DNA from: Longimicrobiales bacterium
Lineage (GTDB): Bacteria; Gemmatimonadota; Gemmatimonadetes; Longimicrobiales; Gaopeijiaceae
DNA: 64,000 bases
Direction: 5' to 3'
NCBI GenBank assembly: GCA_965116905.1
Contig: OZ220732.1
Coordinates: forward strand, 3,648,001-3,712,000
This document shows, one piece after another, positions 1 through 10,358 of this stretch. The notes beneath the pieces are model-generated. The model had not been told where the DNA came from, searched no databases, and worked only from the letters and a program-made list of their open reading frames with translations. The number at the start of each line of letters is the position of its first letter. The stretch's first letter is position 1. A program made the position numbers and the translations under genes.

Positions 1-698
1 AGCGGGTCCGCCTCGATCACCTTCAGGGTCTCGTCGTACGCTTCCGCGAGCCGTTCGGTCTGGAAGAGGACGTTGGCGTAGACGAATCTGACCTGCGAGT
101 TGCCCGGGTTCATTTCGAGCGCGGACGTACAGGTTCTTTCGGCCCCTTCCCAATCCTTGGACTGGTAGTAGTCGCCGCAGAACTGTGCCGTGCGGAGCTG
201 GCCGACGTAGGTCTCGAACTCGCCGGCGATCTCCTGGGCCGCAACTTCGTCGTCGTCCTTGTGCCAGGTCTTGTCCTCGATCATGAAGGAGGGCCCGCCG
301 GGGGCGGCGAACTGGATCCCCTGGAGCGAGAAGGTGTCGGCGTCCTTGTCCTCGGTGTAGGTGCCGCAGAACACCACGTTCGCGTTGATCTGAGCGGCAA
401 GCTGCAGCGACCGGACGCAGTCCAGGTCCTCCATGTCGAGGTCGAACCTGTCGGCCGCGTCCCTGATCTCCTTCTCGTCCACCGGCTGGTGGGTGCCGAA
501 CTGGTTGATCAGGTCCCGCAACTCCTCGGCCAGGTCCTTGCCGAAGTCATCGTCGGCGTCGTCGAGGGGCATCAGGTTGGTCACCATCACCCTGAAACGC
601 TCGGACACCTGGGCGCTCGCCGGCGCCGAAAGCAGGGGCCCGAAGAGCAGAACGAGCGCGCCCGTTGCGACAATCCCGATCCGTAGCCAACTCCTCAT
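1..698 (-). CDS. Exported tetratricopeptide-repeat (TPR) protein, 3'-partial (runs off window start)
   Basis: Not in the ORF track because it has no stop in the window. ATG at 698 preceded by AGAGAGGAAAC. Translates MRSWLRIGIVATGALVLLFGPLLSAPASAQ (signal peptide) and later TPR-like helices (DWEGAERTCTSALEMNPGNSQVRFVYANVLFQTERLAEA). Confidence 0.75.
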   Translation of the reverse strand, partial: MRSWLRIGIVATGALVLLFGPLLSAPASAQVSERFRVMVTNLMPLDDADDDFGKDLAEELRDLINQFGTHQPVDEKEIRDAADRFDLDMEDLDCVRSLQLAAQINANVVFCGTYTEDKDADTFSLQGIQFAAPGGPSFMIEDKTWHKDDDEVAAQEIAGEFETYVGQLRTAQFCGDYYQSKDWEGAERTCTSALEMNPGNSQVRFVYANVLFQTERLAEAYDETLKVIEADP

Positions 699-842
699 GT
701 TTCCTCTCTTCTCGATGGTAAGTCCGCAGGACTCTCCGCATGCCGCGACGCACCGCCAACTGCGCCGGGCGGACAACCGCACACAATACGGCAACCGCTG
801 GGCCGTCGCCAGAGCGTCGCAGACTCAGTGGGAAGACTGAGT

Positions 843-872
843 AATGTACGAATCCATTTCCGTCAAGGTCAA
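843..872 (-). promoter_or_regulatory. Putative sigma70 promoter for the TPR gene
   Basis: Minus strand reads TTGACC-N18-TACATT in an AT-rich patch about 145 nt upstream of the ATG at 698. Confidence 0.45.
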
Positions 873-909
873 CATGAGTTTTACATCGGGTCGCCGCAAA
901 AAGATCCCA

Positions 910-2001
910 TCAGCCGCGGCGAATGGTCACGCCCCCGGAGCCCGTGTCGATCACGACGGTTCCCTCGCCGTCGCCCACGGACCCCCGGAAGTACCGCCGC
1001 TTTGAGGTCTCCACTACCCGGTCGGGGATATCGACGCTGATTCCGCCACTGCCGGTATCCAACTCCAGCTCGGCCCCGAAATCGGACGGCACCGCCACCG
1101 ACACGCTGCCGGAACCCGTGTCCACGACCAGCCTGTCCACGTCGGACAGCATGCCGAGGTACACCGAGCCGCTGCCGGTGTCGCACTCGACGTCCGCGGC
1201 GGTCAGCCCCTCGATCCGGATGCCTCCGGAGCCCGTGTCCACGTGCAGTTCCGCGACCGAGACGTTGCTGCCGGCCACCCTGCCCGACCCCGTGTCTGCG
1301 GTCAGCCGGTCCCCACGGATGTCCTCCAGGCCGATCGAACCGGAACCGGTGTCCGCGGTCACGTCGCCCTCCACCTCCGCGATCGTCACCGAGCCGGATC
1401 CCGTGTCGACGTCGACGTCTCCCACGATGTCGGCGACTTCGACGCCTCCGGAAGCGGTCCGGAACGAGAGATCCGATGCGAGTCCGTTGGCACTTCCCGA
1501 CCCGGCCGCCAGGTAGATGGCCACGCTGACCCCTTCCGGCACGCGAACGACCATGTCGGCGTACGCTTCCAGCCCCCGGCCACGTCCCGAAATCCTCACT
1601 TCGTCCCCGTCCCAAAGGCCGCCGAAGGACCTGTTGCGAAAGAACGTCCCGTCGTCCCGCACGCGGATGGTTGTATTCGAACGTCCCATCCGCTCGTACA
1701 CGACACGGTCCTCCGGGTAGATGACGCGCAGGGCCTCGGCGTCTCCCAGGCGCCCGACCTCCACCTGGAGACGGGCACGGTCGGCGCCCCCGCGATCGAT
1801 GTCGACCTGCACCTGGCTCCCCCGCCCCCGTACGACCTCGACTTCGCCCGCGAGGTTGTAGATCGCAACGCGACCGCCGTCCACCCGGTAGGTCTCCTGC
1901 GCGAGCAACGCGGGAGCCGGCGCGAGCCCTCCGGCGAGCAGTATCGTCGGCAGGGCGAATCTTGCCCCGCGGAACGCGAGTGCGACTTTCCTCGTATTCA
2001 T
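910..2001 (-). CDS. DUF4097/adhesin-like beta-strand repeat protein, exported
   Basis: Signal peptide followed by many (D/T)TGSG(S/G)V repeats. Start placed at MNTRK (2001). Confidence 0.8.
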   Translation of the reverse strand: MNTRKVALAFRGARFALPTILLAGGLAPAPALLAQETYRVDGGRVAIYNLAGEVEVVRGRGSQVQVDIDRGGADRARLQVEVGRLGDAEALRVIYPEDRVVYERMGRSNTTIRVRDDGTFFRNRSFGGLWDGDEVRISGRGRGLEAYADMVVRVPEGVSVAIYLAAGSGSANGLASDLSFRTASGGVEVADIVGDVDVDTGSGSVTIAEVEGDVTADTGSGSIGLEDIRGDRLTADTGSGRVAGSNVSVAELHVDTGSGGIRIEGLTAADVECDTGSGSVYLGMLSDVDRLVVDTGSGSVSVAVPSDFGAELELDTGSGGISVDIPDRVVETSKRRYFRGSVGDGEGTVVIDTGSGGVTIRRG

Positions 2002-2113
2002 TCCCAGTATCCTTGTTGGGGTGCCGCGCGCCACCCGGTCACCGCGACCACGGGGCGACAGAGGGACCTACGCTCGGAGCACCGCGAAAGTTTTACGGCC
2101 GAAAGGAGTCACC

Positions 2114-2440
2114 ATGCAGGTACTGCCCATCGACTTCGTAGCGCTCGTCTCGGTCATCATGGGGGTCTCGATCGTGCTGGTCCCCGTGATCGGTTTGACG
2201 GCTCGATACGCGCTCAAGCCCATCGTCGAAGCGCTCGGACGCTACTTCGAGGGACAGGGGACGCAGGAGTCCATCAAGATCGTCGAACGGCGGCTCGGTC
2301 TGCTCGAAGCACAGCTCGACGAGTTGCAGGGATCGCTCAACCGCCTCGTGGATGCCTCGGAGTTCGACGCGCAACTGCGCGCGGCCGACCGGGAACACGC
2401 GCTTCCCCCGGGCTCGGAGGCGGACGAGGAGCCGTCCTAG
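2114..2440 (+). CDS. Small membrane protein with coiled-coil C-terminus
   Basis: AAAGGAG RBS before ATG 2114; one N-terminal TM segment, then an amphipathic heptad region. Confidence 0.7.
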   Translation: MQVLPIDFVALVSVIMGVSIVLVPVIGLTARYALKPIVEALGRYFEGQGTQESIKIVERRLGLLEAQLDELQGSLNRLVDASEFDAQLRAADREHALPPGSEADEEPS

Positions 2441-2495
2441 CAGGCCCGGATGCATCGCCGTTCGAATGCCGGGGGGATTTTGTCCGCGGGCTCCC

Positions 2496-3635
2496 CTAGA
2501 CCTTGATGAAGATCCTGCGGGCGTACATCGCCCACAGCACCGCAAGCCAGAGGAGCACCGTCGCGAGCGCGAACGCCAGGGACCCGTTGAGCGGACCGGC
2601 CCACGAGGCGAAGCCGACCTCGTAGATCCGTTGGTACAACGACGTGGTTCGGTCGCCCGGCCCGGCCGGCACCCTGCTCAGGACCAGCGCCTTGGCGACG
2701 AGCCCCGACGCGACGAAGACGGTGATCGCGTTCATCCCGTACACGACGAGCGGTTTGGCCCAGACGCGCCAGCCCCGCACATCGATCAGCCAGTACAGGG
2801 ACGCGAGCGCCACGAGGGCCCACCCGGTCGTGAACAGCACGTACGAACTGGTCCACAGCGGCTTGTTGATCGGGAACACGGCGTCCCAGGCGAGTCCGGC
2901 CAGGATCAGCACGGCTCCGGCCGCGGCAAGACGGAGCACGGGTCCGAGGCCGTGGTCCGCGGCGGCCCGCCGGGCGCGCAGCCAGTCTCCAGCGAAGAGC
3001 CCCGAAAGCGTGGTCGACACGGCCGGGAGCGTGCTGAGCAGGCCTTCGGGATCGTAGACGCCCCCGCCCCCGCTCCACATGTGCACGCCGAGGATCATGC
3101 GGTCGAGGTGCGCGGCGAGGTTGCCCTCGGGCGACAGGTCACCGGGACCGAACCCCGGGACGGGCACCCACGCCATGAGGGCCCAGTACCCGAACAATAA
3201 CGCGAGCATGACGGCGCCGACGGCCCGCCGGGACAGGCACAGAACCAGTGTGCCCACGACCAGGTAGACCAGGGCGATGCGCGCGAGCACCCCGACGAGC
3301 CGAACGGTTGCGAGGTCGAAGCCGGGAAAGGCCGCCATGAAGAGGCCGAGCCCGTAGATGATGAGGGCGCGCCGCGCGACGTGGGTCCAGAGGTCCCGAC
3401 GCGAGTCTCCCCTTGCCGTCCGCGCCGCGAAGGAGAAGGACAGCGACACGCCGACAGCGAAGAGGAAGAAGGGGAAGACGAGGTCGGTCGGCGTGGCGCC
3501 GTGCCAGGGCGCGTGCCTGAGGGGGCCGTATACGTGCGACCAGCTCCCCGGGTTGTTGACGAGGATCATGCCGGCGACGGCCAGTCCCCGGAAGGCGTCG
3601 AGGGACGCGAGGCGCCCGGGCCGCGGCGTGGTCAA
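2496..3635 (-). CDS. Heparan-alpha-glucosaminide N-acetyltransferase-like (DUF1624/DUF5009) membrane acyltransferase
   Basis: Motifs RLASLDAFRG, MILVN, HAPWHG, DLVFPFF, DPEGLLST, PINKPLWTSSY. TTG start overlaps the stop of the upstream gene. Confidence 0.85.
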   Translation of the reverse strand: MTTPRPGRLASLDAFRGLAVAGMILVNNPGSWSHVYGPLRHAPWHGATPTDLVFPFFLFAVGVSLSFSFAARTARGDSRRDLWTHVARRALIIYGLGLFMAAFPGFDLATVRLVGVLARIALVYLVVGTLVLCLSRRAVGAVMLALLFGYWALMAWVPVPGFGPGDLSPEGNLAAHLDRMILGVHMWSGGGGVYDPEGLLSTLPAVSTTLSGLFAGDWLRARRAAADHGLGPVLRLAAAGAVLILAGLAWDAVFPINKPLWTSSYVLFTTGWALVALASLYWLIDVRGWRVWAKPLVVYGMNAITVFVASGLVAKALVLSRVPAGPGDRTTSLYQRIYEVGFASWAGPLNGSLAFALATVLLWLAVLWAMYARRIFIKV

Positions 3636-4741
3636 AGCAGCGCCTCCTCCGCCACGTCGGCAACGCGCGCCGCCACGTCGGCGGCATCCGGATGCAGTAC
3701 CGGCACGGACCACGGCAGGTCGCGGCGATCCGTGACCACCGCGAGAACTCCCCTCTTCTCCGCTTCTTCCGGTCCCAGCACCGGCTCAGGCTGCGCCTCC
3801 GAGCGGAAGATCTCCACCTTGGGCAGCTCCTCATGGCGATATCCTTCGACGACCACGATCTCGGCCTCTGCCAGGTGACGGCACAGAAGGAGGTCGAGGG
3901 GCGGCTCGACATCGGTCTCCCAGCCACCCATCAGCGCGAACTCGTCCGGGCCGGCGAGCAGCACGCGTTCCGCGCCGCCCTCGTGCCGGTGGCGCCAGGA
4001 ATCCGTGCCGGGCGTGTCCAGCCGAAAGTGGTGACCGTGCTTGACGGACATCACCCTGCGGCCGCGGCGCGCCAGTTCGGCGATCACCGCGACGGTCAGC
4101 GTGGTCTTGCCCGAGTTCTTGTTGCCGACGATGGAGAACGCGGGGGGCGGCAGGTCCCCCGGCCGGTTGACGCTGCGGAAGCGGGCGGCCGCCACGCCCG
4201 TGTCCACCACCACCGGGCTCAGGGACTCCGCGAACGCCCCGGCCTTGCGCTGGCCCCGCCGCAGCGCGTACTCGAGGGTGCCCAGCGAGGAGACGGGATA
4301 GACCGCCGTCAGAGGCTCGAAGCCCCACGGCGGGCCCGCCTCGGCCGCGCAGGCCCTGCCGTGCAACCGCCACTGCTCGGCGAGGCGTACGAGCGCCTTC
4401 TTTGGTACCCACGGTGTGTCGACCGCCAGCACCATGACCCCCTCGCTGCCCAGCTCCGCCGCACGCACGCCTGCCGCGTGCAACCCCCCGAGGGGACCCG
4501 CGTTCGCCATGCAGTCCGGGAACACCCCGGCCGTGGAGCGCACCGCACCGGCCACGCGCGCGTCGTTGGCCGACACCTCCACACGGTCGCACACCGCGCC
4601 AAGCCGCTCCACCGCGACCCGCCACAGGGGCCTGGCGTGCAGCGTGGCCAGCGCCTTGGGCGACCCGAAGCGGCGGCTCTCGCCACCCGCCAGGACGACC
4701 CCGAGCAGCGGCCGTCCGTCGCGACCGGCGCGCTCGCTCAC
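3632..4741 (-). CDS. mobAB: Fused molybdenum cofactor guanylyltransferase MobA / MobB
   Basis: N-terminal LAGGESRRFG and GPLGG (MobA); C-terminal P-loop GNKNSGKTT, KHGHH and VEGY (MobB). Confidence 0.88.
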   Translation of the reverse strand: MSERAGRDGRPLLGVVLAGGESRRFGSPKALATLHARPLWRVAVERLGAVCDRVEVSANDARVAGAVRSTAGVFPDCMANAGPLGGLHAAGVRAAELGSEGVMVLAVDTPWVPKKALVRLAEQWRLHGRACAAEAGPPWGFEPLTAVYPVSSLGTLEYALRRGQRKAGAFAESLSPVVVDTGVAAARFRSVNRPGDLPPPAFSIVGNKNSGKTTLTVAVIAELARRGRRVMSVKHGHHFRLDTPGTDSWRHRHEGGAERVLLAGPDEFALMGGWETDVEPPLDLLLCRHLAEAEIVVVEGYRHEELPKVEIFRSEAQPEPVLGPEEAEKRGVLAVVTDRRDLPWSVPVLHPDAADVAARVADVAEEALL

Positions 4742-5634
4742 TGCTCCGCTCCGTCCCCCCGCACGATCCTGTCTCTACCGGAGTAGACGTTGTAGCCGTC
4801 CCGGTTCGCGAATCCGACCAGGGTCATGTTGAAGCGTCGGGCAAAGGCGACCGCGAGGCTGGACGGCGCCCCCACGGCGACCACCACGGGAAGACCCGCC
4901 ATGGCAGCCTTTTGAAGGATCTCGAACGACGACCGGCCCGACACGACCAGACCCAGGTGCGATCCCGGGAGCGAGCGCGACAGCAGGAGCGCGCCGATCA
5001 CCTTGTCGACGGCGTTGTGGCGGCCGATATCCTCTCGGGCCACGGTGATCTGCCCGCCGTGGTCGAAGAGCCCGGCGGCGTGCAGTCCTCCGGTGCGCTC
5101 GAAGGTCCTCTGCAGCGATCGCAGCCTGTCCGGCAGAGCGCGGAGTTCGTCTTCGCCAATGGCAAAGGTGCCGTCGGCAACCGGCTGGCACCCCATGACC
5201 TCGACGGCCTCCAGCGACGCCTTCCCGCACACGCCGCACGACGAGGTGACGTAGAAGTTGCGCGTCAGGCTGGTGGCGTCGAATGCGGCCGGGTCCCGCA
5301 CCGCGGCGGTCACCACATTGTATTCCTGCGGTTCCACGTTTCGGCAGTAGCGGATGTCCGCGACGGCCGCCGGGTCGATGACCACGCCCTCGGTAAAGAG
5401 GAAGCCCGCGGCGAGTTCGAAGTCCTCCCCAGGGGTCCTCATCGTCACGGAAACCGGGTGTTCCCGAACTCCTTCGTCGCCCGGGACCTCCAACCGCACC
5501 TCCATCGGCTCCTCCACGGCCACGCTGTCGCCGCGTGTCGAGAAGCGGCCATCGCGCATGCGCCCCACACGCACCCGGGCGGCTCTGCGACGAGAACCAC
5601 CCGGAACGCTTCGGCTTGCGCGGCCCTGGGTCAT
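4738..5634 (-). CDS. fdhD: Formate dehydrogenase accessory sulfurtransferase FdhD
   Basis: Motifs VEEP, TMRTPG, SSCGVCG, TGGLHAA, REDIGRHNAVDK, SGRSSFE; adjacent to FDH genes. Confidence 0.95.
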   Translation of the reverse strand: MTQGRASRSVPGGSRRRAARVRVGRMRDGRFSTRGDSVAVEEPMEVRLEVPGDEGVREHPVSVTMRTPGEDFELAAGFLFTEGVVIDPAAVADIRYCRNVEPQEYNVVTAAVRDPAAFDATSLTRNFYVTSSCGVCGKASLEAVEVMGCQPVADGTFAIGEDELRALPDRLRSLQRTFERTGGLHAAGLFDHGGQITVAREDIGRHNAVDKVIGALLLSRSLPGSHLGLVVSGRSSFEILQKAAMAGLPVVVAVGAPSSLAVAFARRFNMTLVGFANRDGYNVYSGRDRIVRGDGAEQ

Positions 5635-5833
5635 TGCGGTTCCTTCCGTTCGGTCCCTTCGGTGTCGCCAAATGTTTCCTGCAACTATTATGTAGAGCCC
5701 GCGGGAATTCCGCGAAAGTCACCCGGTCGCGGACACCGGCCGACCCGCGCACGGGCCCGCCGACGGACCCGCCGAACTCGCACCAGCCCGCCAACGGACC
5801 CCGAACCTTCCCCCCAACGCAAGCTCAGCCCGG

Positions 5834-7582
5834 ATGCCCAACCCGACGGACGAAGTCCTCATCGCTCGCTGGAAGGACGAACCGGCTCCCCTGCTGCCAC
5901 TGCTCCATGCCTTTCACGAGCGCGACGGGTACCTGTCGGAGCAAGCGCTGCGGGCGGTGTCGAAGGGGCTGCGCATCCCGCTGGCGGACCTCTTCGGGAC
6001 CGTCACCTTCTACCACCACTTTTCCCGGGTGGAGGGAGGAGCCGAAAGGCCCCGGGTGTGCGATGGACCGGTCTGCAGCATGCGCGGCTCCGATGTCCTG
6101 ATCGCCAGCCTCCGGGCCGCCGGACACGACCCGCACACGATGCCCTGCCCCGGCAGGTGCGACCAGCCGGTGCCGGTGATCCACGGACGAACGGTCCTGA
6201 CGGGCACGACCGCGGGCAGCCTGGTGACCGGGCCGTCGCCACTGCCGGCCCCCTCACCCGCAGGGGTCGAGGAATGCGTCTTCGCGGGGATCCGCGACGC
6301 CGGGCGCGCCACCCTGGACGGATACCGCGCGCAGGGCGGATACGAGGCACTGACGGGGGCGGTCACGGGAAAGACGCCCGACGAGGTGATCGGCATCGTG
6401 GACAACAGCGGCCTGGCCGGCCGCGGCGGCGCCTGCTTCCCGACCGGCCGGAAGTGGCGCGCGGTCGCCGAAGCCTCCGGCACGCCGAAGACGATCGTCT
6501 GCAACGCCGACGAAGGCGAGCCCGGCTGCTTCAAGGACCGCCTGCTCATGGATCACGACCCCCACGCGCTGGTCGAGGGGATGGCCATCGCGGCCTACGC
6601 GACGGGCGCGGAGCGCGGCTTCATCTACCTGCGCTACGAATACCCCGAGACGCTGGATATCCTGGAGGGCGCGATCGCGGAGGCGGTGGGGGCCGGCCTG
6701 ATCGGCGACGCAGTCCTGGGGACCGGCTTCTCGTTCGACCTTGTGGTGCGGCGCGGAGCCGGAGCCTACATCTGCGGCGAAGAGACATCCCTGCTCAATT
6801 CGCTGGAGGGCAAGCATCCGTTTCCCAGGAACCGCCCCCCCTTTCCCGTCACGCACGGCTACGAGGATCTTCCGACGGTCGTCAACAACGTGGAGACGCT
6901 GGCCTCGGTACCCCCCATTCTGTTGCGCGGCGCGGAGTGGTACCAGGACCTGGGACTCGGGGATCACGCGGGCACGAAGGTGATCAGCCTGTCGGGCGAC
7001 GTTGCGCGGCCGGGAAACTACGAAGTCCCCATCGGGCTGCCTCTCATGGAGCTGCTCGACGGCTGGGCAGGGGGACCTCTGCCGGGACGCTCCATCCAGG
7101 CCGTCACCATGGCGGGCCTGTCCGGGGGCTTTCTGGCGGGACCCGACCTGGACGTCACGCTCGACGAGCCCTCGATCCGGTCCCGGGGCAGCTTCCTGGG
7201 CGCGGGCGGGATCATGGTGTTCGACGACTCGCGCGACATGATCCGGGTCACCCGCGAATCGATGGAGTTCTTCGCCGAGGAGTCGTGCGGGAAGTGCTTT
7301 CCCTGCCGGATCGGCTGTCAGCGTCTGGTGGAGCGGCTGGACGGCGATGGACCGCGCACGGTGGACGCATGGGTGGACGAGGTGAGCGACCTGAACGAGG
7401 TCATGAAAAAGACGAGCGCGTGCGGACTTGGACAGGCCGCGCCCTTGCTTACGGAGAGCCTGATCCGTTATTTCCCGGACCGGATCCGCGCGCACGTGGG
7501 GGACCCGCAGGCCCATGGGGAAGCGCAGGCCCATGGGGACGCGCCAGGGCCCGCAGCGGGCGAGCGTCCAAGGAAGGGGTGA
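5834..7582 (+). CDS. NAD(H)-binding FDH subunit, fused NuoE-like [2Fe-2S] and NuoF-like FMN/[4Fe-4S] domains
   Basis: TFYHHF, CDGPVC and CPGRC (NuoE-like); GRGGACFPTG, NADEGEPG, GAGAYICGEE, ESCGKCFPCR and SACGLG (NuoF-like). Confidence 0.92.
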   Translation: MPNPTDEVLIARWKDEPAPLLPLLHAFHERDGYLSEQALRAVSKGLRIPLADLFGTVTFYHHFSRVEGGAERPRVCDGPVCSMRGSDVLIASLRAAGHDPHTMPCPGRCDQPVPVIHGRTVLTGTTAGSLVTGPSPLPAPSPAGVEECVFAGIRDAGRATLDGYRAQGGYEALTGAVTGKTPDEVIGIVDNSGLAGRGGACFPTGRKWRAVAEASGTPKTIVCNADEGEPGCFKDRLLMDHDPHALVEGMAIAAYATGAERGFIYLRYEYPETLDILEGAIAEAVGAGLIGDAVLGTGFSFDLVVRRGAGAYICGEETSLLNSLEGKHPFPRNRPPFPVTHGYEDLPTVVNNVETLASVPPILLRGAEWYQDLGLGDHAGTKVISLSGDVARPGNYEVPIGLPLMELLDGWAGGPLPGRSIQAVTMAGLSGGFLAGPDLDVTLDEPSIRSRGSFLGAGGIMVFDDSRDMIRVTRESMEFFAEESCGKCFPCRIGCQRLVERLDGDGPRTVDAWVDEVSDLNEVMKKTSACGLGQAAPLLTESLIRYFPDRIRAHVGDPQAHGEAQAHGDAPGPAAGERPRKG

Positions 7583-7586
7583 CACG

Positions 7587-10358
7587 ATGAGGCATAACGG
7601 CGCGGCGCTGACCCTGACCCTCGACGGGGAAAAGGTCGGCTTCACCCGGGGCGAGACGCTGTACGAGGTGGCCGAACGCCACGGCAGGGACATCCCGACG
7701 CTCTGCTACGATGCCCGGCTCGAGCCCTTCGGCGGCTGCCGCCTGTGCGTCGTCGAGCTGGAGGGGGCCCGCAACCCGGTGGCGTCCTGTACGACGCGGG
7801 CCGAGCCCGGCATGGTCGTGCGCACACGGACCGCGAGCATCGAAGTGCAGCGCCGCATCCTCATGGAGATGGTGGCCTCGGAGAACCGCGAAACCGACGT
7901 GGACCCGATGCACGGCTACGCATCGCAGGAAATGGCCGAGCTTCTCGACCGTTACGATGCCCGGACGGGCCGCTTCGCGGGCGCCACCTCGGGCACAAGC
8001 CGTCCGGACGACGACAACCCCTTCATCAAGCGGGACTACGAGAACTGCATCTCGTGCTACCGTTGCGTGCGGGTGTGCGAGGAGCAGGAGGGCGACTACG
8101 CGATCTCGGTGATGAATCGCGGCTTTCAGACCCAGATCACCACCGAATTCGGCGGCCTGCTGAAGGACTCGGCGTGCACCTTCTGCGGGCAGTGCATCCA
8201 GACGTGCCCCACGGGCGCGCTCGGAGACCTGAAGGCGCTCGCCAACCGGGACGTGCCCGGCGAGACCGAGACGACGCGCACGGTATGCCCGTACTGCGGG
8301 GTCGGTTGCTCTGTCGACGTGATGACGCGCGGCGAGAAGATCGTCGGCGTGCTGCCGGCAATGGACGGACCGGCCAATGAAGGCGCGTTGTGCGTCAAGG
8401 GCCAGTTCGCATTCGACTTCGTGCACCACCCCGACCGCCTTTCCACTCCCTTCGTGCGCGACGACGAGACCGGGGAACTCCGCCCGGCGTCGTGGGACGA
8501 AGCGCTGGACCGGGCCGCGGGGAAGCTGCGCAGGGTCGTGAAGGACCACGGTCGCCACGCCGTCTACGGAATCGCCTCCGGACGCGCGCCCCACGAGGCC
8601 GCCTACATGATGCAGCGCTTCATCAGGGCGGGATTGGGGACGAACCACATCGACAACTGCAGCCGTGCCTGACACGCCCCCACAGTCGCCGGTCTGGCGG
8701 CAACAATCGGAAGAGGGGCGATGTCGAACCCTCTCGCCGACATGGACAAGCCCGATGTGATCTTCTGCATCGGCACCAACATGACCGAGTGCCATCCCGT
8801 TGCCGCCACGCGGCTCAAGAGGGCGCTCGCGCGCGGCGCGAAGATGATCGTAGCGGACCCGCGCCGGATCGGGCTGGCCGAGATCGCCGATGTGCATCTT
8901 CCCATTCGCGTTGGCTCGGACGTGTCCCTGTTGCTGGCGATGGCGCACGTCATCGCCCGCGAGGGACTGGTGAACGAGGAGTTTGTCGGCGCGCGCACGG
9001 CCCACGGCGAGGACTTCCTGAAGCACGTGGAGGAGTACACCCCCGAGTGGGCGTCGGAGATCTGCGAGTGCGACCCGGATGACATCGAGCAGGCCGCGCT
9101 GCTGTACGGCGGGGCCGACCGGGGCGCCATCTACTACACCGTCGGGGTCACCGAGCACATCTGCGGCGTCGACAACGTGCAGAGCCTCTGCAACCTGGCC
9201 CTGATGACCGGCAACCTGGGCCGCGAGGGCACGGGGGTGAACCCCATGCGCGGGCAGAACAACATCCAGGGCGCCGGCGACGCGGGCGCGCTCCCGAACA
9301 ACTATCCCGGCTTCCAGACCGTCACCGATCCAGCTCACCAGGAGAAGTTCCACCAGGCGTACGGGCGCAAGGTCGACCTCGAGACGGGCATGACCAAGGT
9401 CACCGCGCTGGACCTGTGCGGCGACGGCATCCACGCGATGATCATCGACGGCGAGAACACCCTCGTCACCGACCCGGACCGCCACCACTGCGAGCACGCG
9501 CTCAAGAGCCTGGACTGCCTGGTCGTGATCGACATCTTCATGACCGAGACGGCCAAGGTGGCCGATGTGGTGTTCCCGGCCACGGCGTGGGCCGAAACCG
9601 ACGGCGTCTGCACCAACACGGAGCGTCGCGTGCAGCGGTTGCGCGCGGCGGTGCCGCCGCCAGGCGAAGCGAAGCCCGACTGGTGGATCCTGTCGCGCCT
9701 TGCCCGGCGGATGGGCTGGAAGGGCTTCGATTTCGGGTCCGCCAAGGAAGTCTTCAACGAGCTCTGCGCCCTCTCACCCCTCTACAACGGCCTCGACTGG
9801 GACCGGATCGACCGGGGCGAGTATCAGTGGCCGGTGCCCACGCACGATCACCCCGGCACGCCGCGCCTGCACGAGGAGCGCTTCGAAAACGGGCGCGGGA
9901 TCTTCAAGATGCTCGAGTACCGCGACCCCGAAGAGACCCTTTCGGACGACTATCCCATGTGGCTCACGACCGGCCGGCGGCTGCCCCAGTACCACACGCG
10001 GACGCAGACCGGACGCTCGGACGGGATCGACTACCTGCTGTCCGAGGAGACGCTGGAGGTGCACCCCGACGACATCGTGCGCCTCGGGCTGGAGGACGGG
10101 GGCTACGCGGAGTTGAGCAATCCCCGGGGCTGCGTCCATGTGAAGATCCGCGCGACCACCAAGTCGCCGAAGGGGACCGTGTTCGCGTCGTTCGCCTTCG
10201 AGGACGTGCCCGTCAACGTGCTGACCGGCGGCGGCTACGATCCGGTGACGCAGACGGCCGCGCTCAAGGCGTGTCCCGTGGCGCTGAAGCCGGTGGGCCC
10301 GCCGCCCGCGCTCCGCCAGGCGGCCGCCGGGCCGGAAACCGCCGCACCGGCCTGGTAG
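7587..10358 (+). CDS. fdhF: Selenocysteine-containing formate dehydrogenase alpha subunit (about 923 aa, Sec at codon 362)
   Basis: ORFs 7515..8672 and 8721..10358 are in the same frame, separated only by TGA 8670-8672 in the context DNCSRA-U-HAPTVAGL, the Mo/W-ligand position. N-terminal Fe-S motifs, CPYCGVGC and RGQNNIQG are present. Confidence 0.95.
8670..8720 (+). promoter_or_regulatory. SECIS element of FDH alpha
   Basis: After the TGA: stem GTCGCC (8685-8690), loop GGTCT, stem GGCGGC (8696-8701); possible lower stem CGCCCC/GGGGCG. Resembles the E. coli fdhF SECIS arrangement. Confidence 0.85.

Noticed and set aside
5700..5830. Degenerate GCCCGCC(G/A)ACGGACCC repeats upstream of the NuoEF-like gene as a riboswitch or operator
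   Set aside because: I could not recognise a Moco/Wco riboswitch or a clear operator; it looks like low-complexity GC-rich intergenic sequence. An Rfam scan would be needed to exclude it fully.
4912..7590. Long alternative ORFs (for example 892 aa at 4912, 682 aa at 7449, 742 aa at 19907, 715 aa at 39182)
   Set aside because: Arg/Gly/Pro-rich shadow or antisense frames of well-supported genes, typical of high-GC DNA.
7515..10358. FDH alpha as two genes or a nonsense pseudogene
   Set aside because: The single in-frame TGA sits at the known Sec ligand position and is followed by a SECIS-like hairpin.
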